Source: a bacterium
GTDB lineage: Bacteria > Zhuqueibacterota > Zhuqueibacteria > Oceanimicrobiales > Oceanimicrobiaceae
Length of the DNA stretch: 22,896 bases
Reading direction: 5' to 3'
Assembly: GCA_046758365.1 (NCBI GenBank)
Contig: JBHIAC010000035.1
Coordinates: forward strand, 1-22,896
A program made the translations under genes and the position numbers. Below are positions 8,721 through 17,241 of the stretch, one piece after another (the first letter of the stretch is position 1; each line of letters opens with the position of its first letter). The notes beneath the pieces were generated by a model. It did no database searches and was not told the DNA's origin. It saw nothing but the letters and a program-made list of their open reading frames with translations.

Positions 8721-10880
8721 TTGAAAAAAATAAATATCGCCTTTGGCATTCACAATCATCAACCTGTCGGCAATTTTGATTATATTTTTGAGGAAGCTTA
8801 TCAAAAAGCCTATCTGCCCTTTCTTGATCTTTTAGAAAAACATCCAAAAATTCGCCTGTCTCAGCATTACACCGGAATTCTGTTTCAATGGATTAAAGAC
8901 CATAAACCCGATTTTATTCCAAGACTCAAACAGTTGGTTCAATCCGGCCAAATAGAAATGATGACGGGAGGATTTTATGAGCCGATTATGTCAGTTATTC
9001 CGTACCGAGATAAAATAGGGCAGATAAGAAAGCTTACAAAATTTGTACAGGAAAATACGGGTTACGATCCAAAAGGCATGTGGCTTGCTGAAAGAATCTG
9101 GGAGCCTCATCTGCCGAAACCTTGTTGCGAGGCCGGAGTAAAATATTTAGTCATTGACGACTCTCATTTTAAATATGCGGGACTTCAAGAAGAAGATTTA
9201 CTTGGATTTTATATTACAGAAGAAGAGGGAGCCACGGTTTTCCTCTTTGCGAGCAGTGAAACACTCAGATATGCCATTCCGTTTGAGCCGCCAGAGAAGA
9301 CTATTGAATATCTGCGTTCCATAGCTGCGGAACACGAAGATAATTTGGTTGTTTATGCCGATGACGGTGAAAAGTTTGGAATCTGGCCAGGCACTTATGA
9401 ACACTGCTACCAGAACAGGTGGATAGAGGATTTTTTTCAGGCATTAGAAGCAAATATAGACTGGATAAATATCATTCATTTTTCTGAAGTATTAGAAAAA
9501 ATTAAACCTTTAGGGCGCATTTACCTGCCCACGGCTTCCTATCGAGAAATGATGGAATGGGCCATGCCAACTAAAGCTATTCATAATTACGAGAAATTCG
9601 AAGAGGCTCTGAAACAGTGCGGTCTTCATGACAAATATAAAATGTTTGTACGTGGGGGCTTTTGGCGAAATTTTATAGCCAAATACCCGGAAGCCAACAA
9701 CATGCACAAAAAAATGCTTAACATCAGCAATCGGCTGGCAAAGCTTGAAAAAATCAAAGGTTCAGACGATAACTATAAAAAGGCGCAAGATCATCTCTGG
9801 GCAGGACAGTGTAATTGTCCTTACTGGCACGGGGTATTTGGTGGAGTCTATTTAAATCATTTACGGTACGCCACGTATCGAGAATTTATTCAAGCTGAAA
9901 GAATCTTAGACAAATTGGAAAGAGCGTCTGACGAATATGAAAACGGCTGGATTGATTATCAAATTTTTGATTATGATGGAGATGGATTGCATGAGGTGGT
10001 ATTATCCAATAAGACCATAAATCTCTATTATGCGCCTGAATCTGGGGGGTGTTTATTTGAATTGGATTTTAAGCCTAAAGCAATTAACCTACTGGATACT
10101 ATGACAAGACGGGAGGAAAGTTATCACAAAAAGCTCAAAGCAATGAAACAAAAACATAATGAAACAGAAGAACAAGTAGCCACTATTCATGATTTAGTTT
10201 TAGTCAAAGAAGAAGGCCTCGAAAATTTATTGTTCTACGATTGGTACCGGAGAAGCTCGTTTTTAGATCATTTTTTAGGGGAAAACACTACTCTTGAAAA
10301 ATTCGCTCAATGTGGTTACGAAGAAATCGGGGATTTTGTAAATACACCATATAAATTTAAACTAGATAAAACAGATAAGGGTTTGGCTTTTCGATTATGG
10401 CGGCACGGACACGTTTGGATTAAAGGAGAGTCCGTGCCTATATATCTTGAAAAAAAGATTTCCTTACTTAACTTAAATGCAGAATTGAAAGTTACATACA
10501 AAATAAAAAATTTGGAAAACAAATTACGTACATTTTGGTTTGGGACTGAATTGGATTTTGCACTTCTAGCCGGAGATGCTGAAGATCGATATTTCGTTTT
10601 TCCAGGTCATACCTTGGAAGATTCTCGACTGCGGAGCATAGGTGAAGTTATGGAATCGAAAGAGGTGCTGTTAATGGACGAATGGTTGAGGTTGAGTATT
10701 TCAATTAATTTAGAAAAAGCAGCAAAAATTTGGAGGTTTCCAATTGAAACCATCTCTCAGTCTGAAGGTGGTTTTGAGCGTGTTTATCAAAGTTCAGTGG
10801 TATTTCCAAATTGGAGAATTCAATTAGAACCAGAAACTATATGGGAAAATGCCATAGTTTTAAGCATTAAAGAAATATAG
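8721..10880 (+). CDS. GH57 alpha-amylase / 4-alpha-glucanotransferase with C-terminal DUF1925/DUF1926-type domains
   Basis: HNHQPVGN, GGFYEPI, WLAERIW (catalytic Glu), DDGEKFGIWPGT (catalytic Asp), ASYREMMEW, QCNCPYWHGVFGG, ETISQSEGGFERVYQ. Confidence 0.93.
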   Translation: MKKINIAFGIHNHQPVGNFDYIFEEAYQKAYLPFLDLLEKHPKIRLSQHYTGILFQWIKDHKPDFIPRLKQLVQSGQIEMMTGGFYEPIMSVIPYRDKIGQIRKLTKFVQENTGYDPKGMWLAERIWEPHLPKPCCEAGVKYLVIDDSHFKYAGLQEEDLLGFYITEEEGATVFLFASSETLRYAIPFEPPEKTIEYLRSIAAEHEDNLVVYADDGEKFGIWPGTYEHCYQNRWIEDFFQALEANIDWINIIHFSEVLEKIKPLGRIYLPTASYREMMEWAMPTKAIHNYEKFEEALKQCGLHDKYKMFVRGGFWRNFIAKYPEANNMHKKMLNISNRLAKLEKIKGSDDNYKKAQDHLWAGQCNCPYWHGVFGGVYLNHLRYATYREFIQAERILDKLERASDEYENGWIDYQIFDYDGDGLHEVVLSNKTINLYYAPESGGCLFELDFKPKAINLLDTMTRREESYHKKLKAMKQKHNETEEQVATIHDLVLVKEEGLENLLFYDWYRRSSFLDHFLGENTTLEKFAQCGYEEIGDFVNTPYKFKLDKTDKGLAFRLWRHGHVWIKGESVPIYLEKKISLLNLNAELKVTYKIKNLENKLRTFWFGTELDFALLAGDAEDRYFVFPGHTLEDSRLRSIGEVMESKEVLLMDEWLRLSISINLEKAAKIWRFPIETISQSEGGFERVYQSSVVFPNWRIQLEPETIWENAIVLSIKEI

Positions 10881-10889
10881 GGTAAAATC

Positions 10890-12476
10890 ATGAAAAAGTT
10901 CAGAAAAAGTATCTCAGGAATTTCAATCTTAGCCATCCTTTTGCTTGTATTAGCTGTCAAGTTTAATCTATCTGCAACCAATGCGAATATTTATGAACAG
11001 ATTCAAAGGTTCATGGAGGTCATCCAGGCTGTTAAAAAATTATATGTTGAGGACGTAGACCCCAAAACGCTGGTCGATGGAGCCATAAATGGAATGCTGG
11101 AAGAATTAGACCCCCATTCTGTTTATATACCCGCAGATCGAATGGAAGAGGTGTCTGAACAGTTTGAAGGGGAATTTGAAGGGATTGGTATTGAATTTAT
11201 CGTACATAATAAAATTCCAACCATTGTGGCCCCAATTGTTGACTCTCCCTCCGAACGGTTGGGTTTGCGCCCTGGAGACCGGATAATTAAAATTGAAGGC
11301 GTTTCTACTTATGGTATAACCGAACAAGGGATTAGGGACAAACTTTTGGGACCCAAAGGCACCAAAGTTACTATCACCGTACAACGCCCTGGCCTCGAAG
11401 AACCTTTTGATTTGACGATTACGCGAGATAGGATTCCAATCTATAGTGTGACAACCTTTTTTATGCTCGATGAAAAAACAGGATATATTAGAATAGGAAG
11501 ATTTGCAAAAACCACAAAGGATGAATTCGAAAAAGCTTTACGTGCATTAGAATCGAAAGGAATGTTTCGTCTAATTTTAGACTTAAGAGGAAACTCTGGT
11601 GGTTATTTAGAACAAGCTGTTGAGATAGCCGATAAATTTTTAGAAGGGGGTAAACGAATAGTCTACACGCGAGGAAGATTGCCAAGTGCCAATGAAGACT
11701 ATTATTCAACCACGGAAGCAACACTTCCCAAATTTCCTTTAATTGTTTTAATCAATCATGGTTCAGCCAGTGCTTCAGAGATTGTGGCAGGTGCTATTCA
11801 GGATTGGGATCGAGGTTTAATCGTCGGGGTTACAAGTTTTGGGAAGGGTCTTGTCCAGAACCAAGTACAACTAAAAGATGGTTCAGCCGTTCGAGTTACT
11901 ATTGCCCGTTATTATACACCCAGTGGTCGTCTAATCCAGCGTTCTTATAAGAATGGTTTGCCTGATTATATTTCTGAAGGATATGATGATTTCGACCCTA
12001 ACGCAATCAGCGACAGTACCTCTGATAAACCAGTTTTTACAACCAGCGCTGGGCGAAAGGTTTACGGAGGGGGAGGTATAACACCAGACATATCAGTTAA
12101 ATCAGAAAACCTAACTATGACAACTTTTAGATTAGTTAGAAATCAACTATTTTTCGAATACGGATCTATCTATGCTACCAAGCATCGAAAATTAGATAGA
12201 GATTTTATAGCATTCAGAAATAATTTTAGTGTTGGTAAACAAATTTTAAAAGAATTCAGAAGGCTGGCGACATCACAAAAAATTAAAATAGATAATAATG
12301 AATTTGAAAAAGATCTGGCATTTATCAAAAGAAGAATTAAAAGTCAAATCGCTCGGCATCTCTGGAGTTCAAGAGAATATCATCAGATTGAAGTAATGGG
12401 CGATAAAAAGGTTCAGGAAGCGGTGAAATTCTTTTCACAAGCTGCTAAAATTGCGGGACTGAAATTGGATGGATAG
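10890..12476 (+). CDS. ctpA: S41 family carboxyl-terminal processing protease (PDZ + peptidase)
   Basis: LDPHSVY, FEGIGI (PDZ), LILDLRGNSGG, SASASEIVAGAIQDWDRG (catalytic Ser), SFGKGLVQ (Lys), RYYTPSGRLIQ. Confidence 0.93.
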   Translation: MKKFRKSISGISILAILLLVLAVKFNLSATNANIYEQIQRFMEVIQAVKKLYVEDVDPKTLVDGAINGMLEELDPHSVYIPADRMEEVSEQFEGEFEGIGIEFIVHNKIPTIVAPIVDSPSERLGLRPGDRIIKIEGVSTYGITEQGIRDKLLGPKGTKVTITVQRPGLEEPFDLTITRDRIPIYSVTTFFMLDEKTGYIRIGRFAKTTKDEFEKALRALESKGMFRLILDLRGNSGGYLEQAVEIADKFLEGGKRIVYTRGRLPSANEDYYSTTEATLPKFPLIVLINHGSASASEIVAGAIQDWDRGLIVGVTSFGKGLVQNQVQLKDGSAVRVTIARYYTPSGRLIQRSYKNGLPDYISEGYDDFDPNAISDSTSDKPVFTTSAGRKVYGGGGITPDISVKSENLTMTTFRLVRNQLFFEYGSIYATKHRKLDRDFIAFRNNFSVGKQILKEFRRLATSQKIKIDNNEFEKDLAFIKRRIKSQIARHLWSSREYHQIEVMGDKKVQEAVKFFSQAAKIAGLKLDG

Positions 12477-12517
12477 AGAAATGTTTGCATTTATGAATTT
12501 GTAAATTAAAAAAAGTG

Positions 12518-12546
12518 TTGACTTTTAATCAAAAATTCTTTATAAT
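12518..12546 (+). promoter_or_regulatory. Near-consensus sigma70 promoter for exbB-exbD-exbD-tonB
   Basis: TTGACT-17 nt-TATAAT with an upstream A-tract. Confidence 0.75.
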
Positions 12547-12624
12547 TCTGCAACATATCTAAATAGAAATCAATAACATTATTAATTTTTTACTTTTCAA
12601 AAATCTAAGGGAGGAAAAAGAGTA

Positions 12625-13263
12625 ATGAATTTTTTGGAACTGTTCAATGATGGTGGAGGTTTCATGTGGCCTATTTTGGTCTGCCTAATTTTAGGAATTG
12701 CAATCAGTTTAGAACGTTTGTGGACTCTCTCCCGGGCTTCAGTTAATACCCGTAAATTTCTTATGACCATTAAAAAAGCTTTAAGCGAAGGAGGTGTTCC
12801 TGCTGCAACCGAGGTATGCGCTAATACACGTGGCCCTGTAGCCTCCATCTTTCATGCCGGCCTTTTGAGAGTCGACCGAGGCATTGAGCATGTTGAAAAA
12901 GCTATTATGAATGCCGGTACTATTGAAATGGCCTTTTTAGAAAAAGGCTTAGTTTGGCTCTCTACAATTGTAAGCATCGCACCAATGTTAGGGTTTCTTG
13001 GAACGGTTTGGGGAATGATTCAAGCCTTCAAAGCAATTGAACAAGCCAATGATATTTCACCGTCCATTGTGGCAGGTGGTATTTCAATTGCTCTTTTAAC
13101 AACTCTTTTTGGTCTGGTGGTAGCTATTATCATTCAAACAGCTAATAATTTTTTCGTCTCGAGAGTAGACAAGCTCATAGTGGATATGGAGGAGAGTTCT
13201 GTTGATTTCGTGGACACCCTCATCGAGATGGAAAGAGAAAAGGCAGGTGCCAAGGCGGCTTAA
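12625..13263 (+). CDS. exbB: MotA/TolQ/ExbB proton-channel protein
   Basis: GGGFMWPI, APMLGFLGTVWGMIQAF, AGGISIALLTTLFGLVVAI; AGGGAGG SD. Confidence 0.93.
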   Translation: MNFLELFNDGGGFMWPILVCLILGIAISLERLWTLSRASVNTRKFLMTIKKALSEGGVPAATEVCANTRGPVASIFHAGLLRVDRGIEHVEKAIMNAGTIEMAFLEKGLVWLSTIVSIAPMLGFLGTVWGMIQAFKAIEQANDISPSIVAGGISIALLTTLFGLVVAIIIQTANNFFVSRVDKLIVDMEESSVDFVDTLIEMEREKAGAKAA

Positions 13264-13391
13264 TAATTAATTCAATTTTGCCAAGTTTTACAAAATCAAC
13301 CGTAAGTGACAAATTGAAGAATTAAGCACTGACAGACTTAATTAACACTTTTTTAAGGGTCTGATTTAATGGCTCCAAGGAGATCGTATTT

Positions 13392-13793
13392 ATGATAGTC
13401 GAAAAGAAGAAAACCCGGATTACAGAAATACCCTTGGCTTCATTGGCCGATATAGCATTCCTTCTGTTGATCTTTTTTCTTGTTACTACTACTATTGACG
13501 TGGATCGGGGAATAGGACTTACTCTACCAGCCAAAGGTCAAGAGACAGAAGTGAGGACTAAAAATATCACAAATCTCTTGATTAATGCTCAGGGAGAAAT
13601 CCTTTTAGACAATGAAATAATTCCCGTACACGAGATAAATCGAATCATCCGTCAAAAACTTGAAGAAAACCCAAGACTCATCGTTTCTGTGAAAACTGAT
13701 CGAGAGACTAAGTACAATGTGTTTGTTCAGACCTTGGATGAACTTAAAATCGCCAATGCAACTCGGATCTCCATTGCTGAACCGGAAAAATAA
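13392..13793 (+). CDS. exbD: ExbD/TolR biopolymer transport protein 1
   Basis: SLADIAFLLLIFFLVTT transmembrane segment with the conserved Asp; VKTDRETKY...LDELK; AAGGAG SD. Confidence 0.9.
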   Translation: MIVEKKKTRITEIPLASLADIAFLLLIFFLVTTTIDVDRGIGLTLPAKGQETEVRTKNITNLLINAQGEILLDNEIIPVHEINRIIRQKLEENPRLIVSVKTDRETKYNVFVQTLDELKIANATRISIAEPEK

Positions 13794-13841
13794 ACAGAAT
13801 CTAATTTTACGCCTTTAAAATAAAATAAGGAGAGATATGAA

Positions 13842-14255
13842 GTGAAATTTGAAGGTAAGCAAAAAGCTCAATCTGGCATCCCTTTAGCTTCTCTTCCTGA
13901 TATAGTGTTTTTGCTATTAATATTTTTCATGGTTTCCTCAGTTTTTAAGGAGTTTTCAGGATTGCCGATTAGACTACCCGATGCAAGAAAAATTGAAAAG
14001 CTTCAAGGTAAAAGAGATGTCGCCTATCTATGGGTTAGTCGAGATGGTCAAATATCCATTGACGATAAATTTGTAAATCTACGTGATGTATCCAAAATTA
14101 TGTACCAAAAACGTATTGATCCTATGCATCCATTAAAGGTAGTTTCAATGAAAATAGATAAAGAAACAAAAATGGGAGTGGTAACAGATATTCATGAAGA
14201 GCTTAGAGATGCCGATGCATTAAATATTAATTATGCAGCTAAACCAGCATTATGA
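13842..14255 (+). CDS. exbD: ExbD/TolR biopolymer transport protein 2
   Basis: SLPDIVFLLLIFFMV, LPDA, KIDKETKMGVVTDI; GTG start after AAGGAG. Confidence 0.9.
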   Translation: MKFEGKQKAQSGIPLASLPDIVFLLLIFFMVSSVFKEFSGLPIRLPDARKIEKLQGKRDVAYLWVSRDGQISIDDKFVNLRDVSKIMYQKRIDPMHPLKVVSMKIDKETKMGVVTDIHEELRDADALNINYAAKPAL

Positions 14256-14265
14256 GGGTAGTGTC

Positions 14266-14901
14266 ATGAAAAAAAATCCCCAAGTCAATTTAAAACTCAA
14301 ATACCGCGAGGTATTTGAACTCAGTTTAATTATTGCTTTAGTCTTTATGGTAGTCCTGTTTCAGTTACTGCGTGTGATTAAATTAGAAGCGACTGAAACA
14401 GAATCGCCGGACATCAAAATTGAAGTGGCAGATATTCCACCTACTGAACAAATTAAACGACCTCCCCCGCCACCAAAGCCTTCGATTCCCATTCCCACAG
14501 AAAGTGAGGATGTACCTGAGGACTTAACGATTGAATCCACGGAACTCGATTTGTCTGATATTCCACCACCCCCGCCACCTCCAGATGAGGGCGATGCGAT
14601 AATATTTGTTCCTTACGATGAACCTCCATATCCAATTGGCGGATTTACGGCAATCCAAAGAGCTTTGAAATACCCTGAAATTGCTCGTAAAGCTGGGATT
14701 GAAGGTCGAGTAATTGTCCAAGTTTTGGTGTCTGAAAAGGGGAAAGTTATTAGAACCAAAATTATAAAATCTCTTGGACATAGTGGTTGTGATGAAGCAG
14801 CGGTAAGTGCCATTAAAAGTGTAAAGTGGAAACCAGCCCTTCAAAGAGATAAACCGGTGAAGGTTTGGGTTGCCATTCCAGTAATTTTTAGACTTAAATA
14901 A
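14266..14901 (+). CDS. tonB: Energy transducer TonB
   Basis: N-terminal TM, Pro-rich linker (PPPPPKP, PPPPPPP), C-terminal YPEIARKAGIEGRVIVQVLV...GCDEAAV...WKPALQRDKPVKV. ATG 14266 (after GAGGG) is preferred to 14233. Confidence 0.92.
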   Translation: MKKNPQVNLKLKYREVFELSLIIALVFMVVLFQLLRVIKLEATETESPDIKIEVADIPPTEQIKRPPPPPKPSIPIPTESEDVPEDLTIESTELDLSDIPPPPPPPDEGDAIIFVPYDEPPYPIGGFTAIQRALKYPEIARKAGIEGRVIVQVLVSEKGKVIRTKIIKSLGHSGCDEAAVSAIKSVKWKPALQRDKPVKVWVAIPVIFRLK

Positions 14902-14922
14902 ATGGGTTGAAACTTTAAAATT

Positions 14923-14955
14923 AAGCGGTGCTTGATGTTTAAGCACCGCTTTTTT
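14923..14955 (+). terminator. Rho-independent terminator after tonB
   Basis: Perfect 11-bp stem AAGCGGTGCTT/AAGCACCGCTT, 7-nt loop, T-tract. Confidence 0.85.
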
Positions 14956-14983
14956 ATTCTTGGTGTTTATGAGTTAGTGTGTA

Positions 14984-15550
14984 TTGTTGTATATCTTCTT
15001 AAAAAGTCAAATTCCACCAATGGGTTCCTTTCAAAACACTCTCATTTGTTATTTGTTTTTTCAATTTTGGCTATTAATACTTTCTGGGTGTTTCAATCCA
15101 TTTGCTCCTGAGTTAGACAAATCATTGGACTTAACAAATGTGATTGCTGATCAAAAAACACCAGATGAGGTACTTCAAAATTTTCGAAATGCTTACATAT
15201 TTAAAGATTCTCTGCTTTATAGCGATGTTTTGGATGAGTCCTTTATATTCGAATACTTTGATCCTGAATTACAGCCTTCAGGGGGGTTTGTAACCTGGGG
15301 GCGAGATGAAGATTTGAAAACGACAGGACGGTTATTTCATGGGTTTGATGTAATTGATTTAATTTGGCTTAATACCATTTTTTCCGAAAGAGAGGGAAAT
15401 TTCGAAAAAAAATTTATCAGATTTAATTTAAATCTTTTTGGTCCTGAATATAATTTTATTGTAACCGGAACCGCCATATTTACTTTCCGAAAAAGCGAAT
15501 TAGATGGTAAATGGCGAATCATTCGGTGGAAAGATGAGTCTGATCTTTAA
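14984..15550 (+). CDS. Hypothetical lipoprotein, possibly NTF2-like fold
   Basis: Lipobox LILSG-C followed by FNPFAP; TPDEVLQNF..AY; C-terminal WRIIRWKD. Start uncertain (TTG 14984 or ATG 15020). Confidence 0.6.
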   Translation: MLYIFLKSQIPPMGSFQNTLICYLFFQFWLLILSGCFNPFAPELDKSLDLTNVIADQKTPDEVLQNFRNAYIFKDSLLYSDVLDESFIFEYFDPELQPSGGFVTWGRDEDLKTTGRLFHGFDVIDLIWLNTIFSEREGNFEKKFIRFNLNLFGPEYNFIVTGTAIFTFRKSELDGKWRIIRWKDESDL

Positions 15551-15579
15551 AATCGGGAATATTTAATTGTGAAAGTGTG

Positions 15580-15608
15580 TTGACAATTTTTGAAAATTAA
15601 TTTTAAAT
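15580..15608 (+). promoter_or_regulatory. Possible sigma70 promoter immediately upstream of the ECF sigma gene
   Basis: Perfect TTGACA at 15580-15585; only a weak -10 (TTAAAT) at 17-nt spacing. Confidence 0.35.
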
Positions 15609-15617
15609 AAACGTTCA

Positions 15618-16217
15618 ATGTTTGAGCCTTCCAAAGAAAAAATTAATTATATTTTGCAGAAAAAAAAAGAATTTCAAGAGCTGTCCTTTGAACTTATGGA
15701 TTCTTTGTACAACACGGCCTTTAGAATGACAAGAAATGAGCTTGATGCAGAAGATCTGGTTCAAGATGTTTATGTGCGTGCCTTTAGATTTTTTCATAAA
15801 TTTAATAAGGGAACGAACTTCAAGGCTTGGATATTCAAAATATTAACAAATACCTATATTAATCAATATAGAAAAAAAACACGAGCGCCACTTCAAGTAG
15901 ATTTTGATAAAATTGAATATAATTATATAGAAAGTGAAAAAGAATATCAACCTCAAATAATAGAAAACTTTTATGATTTAAATACGGACGATATTTTTGA
16001 TGATGAAATTAAGACAGCTTTAGGTCAATTGCCTGATGAATTTAGAATTGTAGTAATATTAGCCGATGTGGAAGGCTTTTCTTACAAAGAGATTGCACAA
16101 ATTGTTGGATGCCCTATTGGAACAGTGATGTCACGTCTATCAAGAGGAAGACGACAACTTCAGACTTACTTAAAAGAATATGCTATCCGGGGTGGTTTTA
16201 TAAATAAAACGAAGTAA
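15618..16217 (+). CDS. ECF sigma-70 factor, SigH/SigR-like
   Basis: Region 2: LYNTAFRMTRNELDAEDLVQDVYVRAF...GTNFKAWIFKILTNTYINQYRKK. Region 4: LPDEFRIVVILADVEGFSYKEIAQIVGCPIGTVMSRLSRGRRQL. Confidence 0.93.
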   Translation: MFEPSKEKINYILQKKKEFQELSFELMDSLYNTAFRMTRNELDAEDLVQDVYVRAFRFFHKFNKGTNFKAWIFKILTNTYINQYRKKTRAPLQVDFDKIEYNYIESEKEYQPQIIENFYDLNTDDIFDDEIKTALGQLPDEFRIVVILADVEGFSYKEIAQIVGCPIGTVMSRLSRGRRQLQTYLKEYAIRGGFINKTK

Positions 16218-16241
16218 ACATTAAATTAACATTATTGACGG

Positions 16242-16375
16242 AGGTGCCCAAAGGTAGGAAGCTTAAAATCTTAAGTTGTTAAGGACGTTGGATACATTCA
16301 TAGAATATTTATCCTATGGCATAGAAATCTACTTCCTAAAAGTTGAAATCGTCCTATTTTTGCACCAACGTCATT
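16242..16375. repeat. Left arm of a long imperfect inverted repeat enclosing the anti-sigma gene
   Basis: 16242-16288 matches the reverse complement of 17161-17207 at 41/47; 16336-16375 matches the reverse complement of 17094-17133 at 35/40 (manual alignment). Confidence 0.92.
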
Positions 16376-16414
16376 CTTATTTTGCATTAAATTTTAATGG
16401 AGGTTTTATACGCG

Positions 16415-17077
16415 ATGAAAAAAGATTGCAATTATTTCACTAAATTTATCACAGGATATATTGATGGTGAATTAAATTCTTCAAAGAATTACGAGGTTAA
16501 GGCTCACTTAGACGAGTGTCCAGATTGCAATAAAAAATATTTAAATGAAAAGAAATTAAAGGAAATAATAAAAGGAAGAATGCCAAATTTAAAGGCGCCC
16601 AATTACCTGCATAGACGTATTCGTCGCCAATTATTAAGAAAAGGGGATAGACCCAGTTTTTGGGAATTGGTTCATTCTCTTTTTGTTTATCGTCCTTTCG
16701 CCGCTTCATTTGCTTTGGCCGTAATTGCATTTTTCGCCTTTTATTCGACTTATCAAATGGCAGGCAATCCTTCAGGTCCATTTGTTCATGGTAAAAATAT
16801 GTTGGCAGAAGCTATAAAAGAAGCTGAACTTCAAGGTCAAATTATTTGTTTAGATTGCGAATTCTTATCCCAGAACCAAGAGAGGACTACTCACGATCCG
16901 GCAACTCATCGTTCTGGGTTAAAAATTAAGGACGGGACAATCTGGAGTTTCATCCATACAAACACAACTCACGATTTATTGCACAATCAAAAATTTCTAA
17001 AAAAGAAAGTCCGTGTTTCTGGAACATTGTTTAAAAATTCTCGATACATTTATGTTAAAAATTATGAATTACTTTAG
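16415..17077 (+). CDS. Zinc-binding (ZAS, zf-HC2) membrane anti-sigma factor with a C-terminal CxxC/His domain
   Basis: YIDGEL...AHLDECPDC (HxxxCxxC), KAP.YL..RIR, one TM (PFAASFALAVIAFFAFY), then GQIICLDCEF...HDPATH...KVRVSG. ATG 16415 follows GGAGG (16399-16403) and is preferred to 16397. Confidence 0.85.
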   Translation: MKKDCNYFTKFITGYIDGELNSSKNYEVKAHLDECPDCNKKYLNEKKLKEIIKGRMPNLKAPNYLHRRIRRQLLRKGDRPSFWELVHSLFVYRPFAASFALAVIAFFAFYSTYQMAGNPSGPFVHGKNMLAEAIKEAELQGQIICLDCEFLSQNQERTTHDPATHRSGLKIKDGTIWSFIHTNTTHDLLHNQKFLKKKVRVSGTLFKNSRYIYVKNYELL

Positions 17078-17093
17078 TCCAAATTGATGAATA

Positions 17094-17207
17094 AATGACG
17101 TTGGTGCAAAAACAGGATAATTTTAGCTTTTAGTTAGCAATCTTAAATTCAATATTTAGGACGTCCTTTACAATTTAAGATTTTTAGCTTCCTATCTTTT
17201 TGCACCT
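17094..17207. repeat. Right arm of the long inverted repeat; itself internally palindromic
   Basis: Complement of the left arm. Internal inverted repeats GGTGCAAAAA/TTTTTGCACC and AATCTTAAATT/AATTTAAGATT, plus the palindrome AGGACGTCCT near the centre. Confidence 0.92.
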
Positions 17208-17241
17208 ACTTCATAAATATTTAACATCCTCAAATATGAAG

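Noticed and set aside
13264..13391. 128-nt exbB-exbD gap as a small gene or RNA
   Set aside because: No credible ORF with an SD; only 5-6 bp inverted repeats.
15660..15668. A9 run near the 5' end of the sigma gene as a slippage switch
   Set aside because: It encodes Lys codons in frame and is unremarkable at this base composition; no evidence without read data.
16356..16363. TAnnTTTG Bacteroidota-type promoter element
   Set aside because: Other promoters in the window are TTGACA/TATAAT-type, and the match is part of the repeat.
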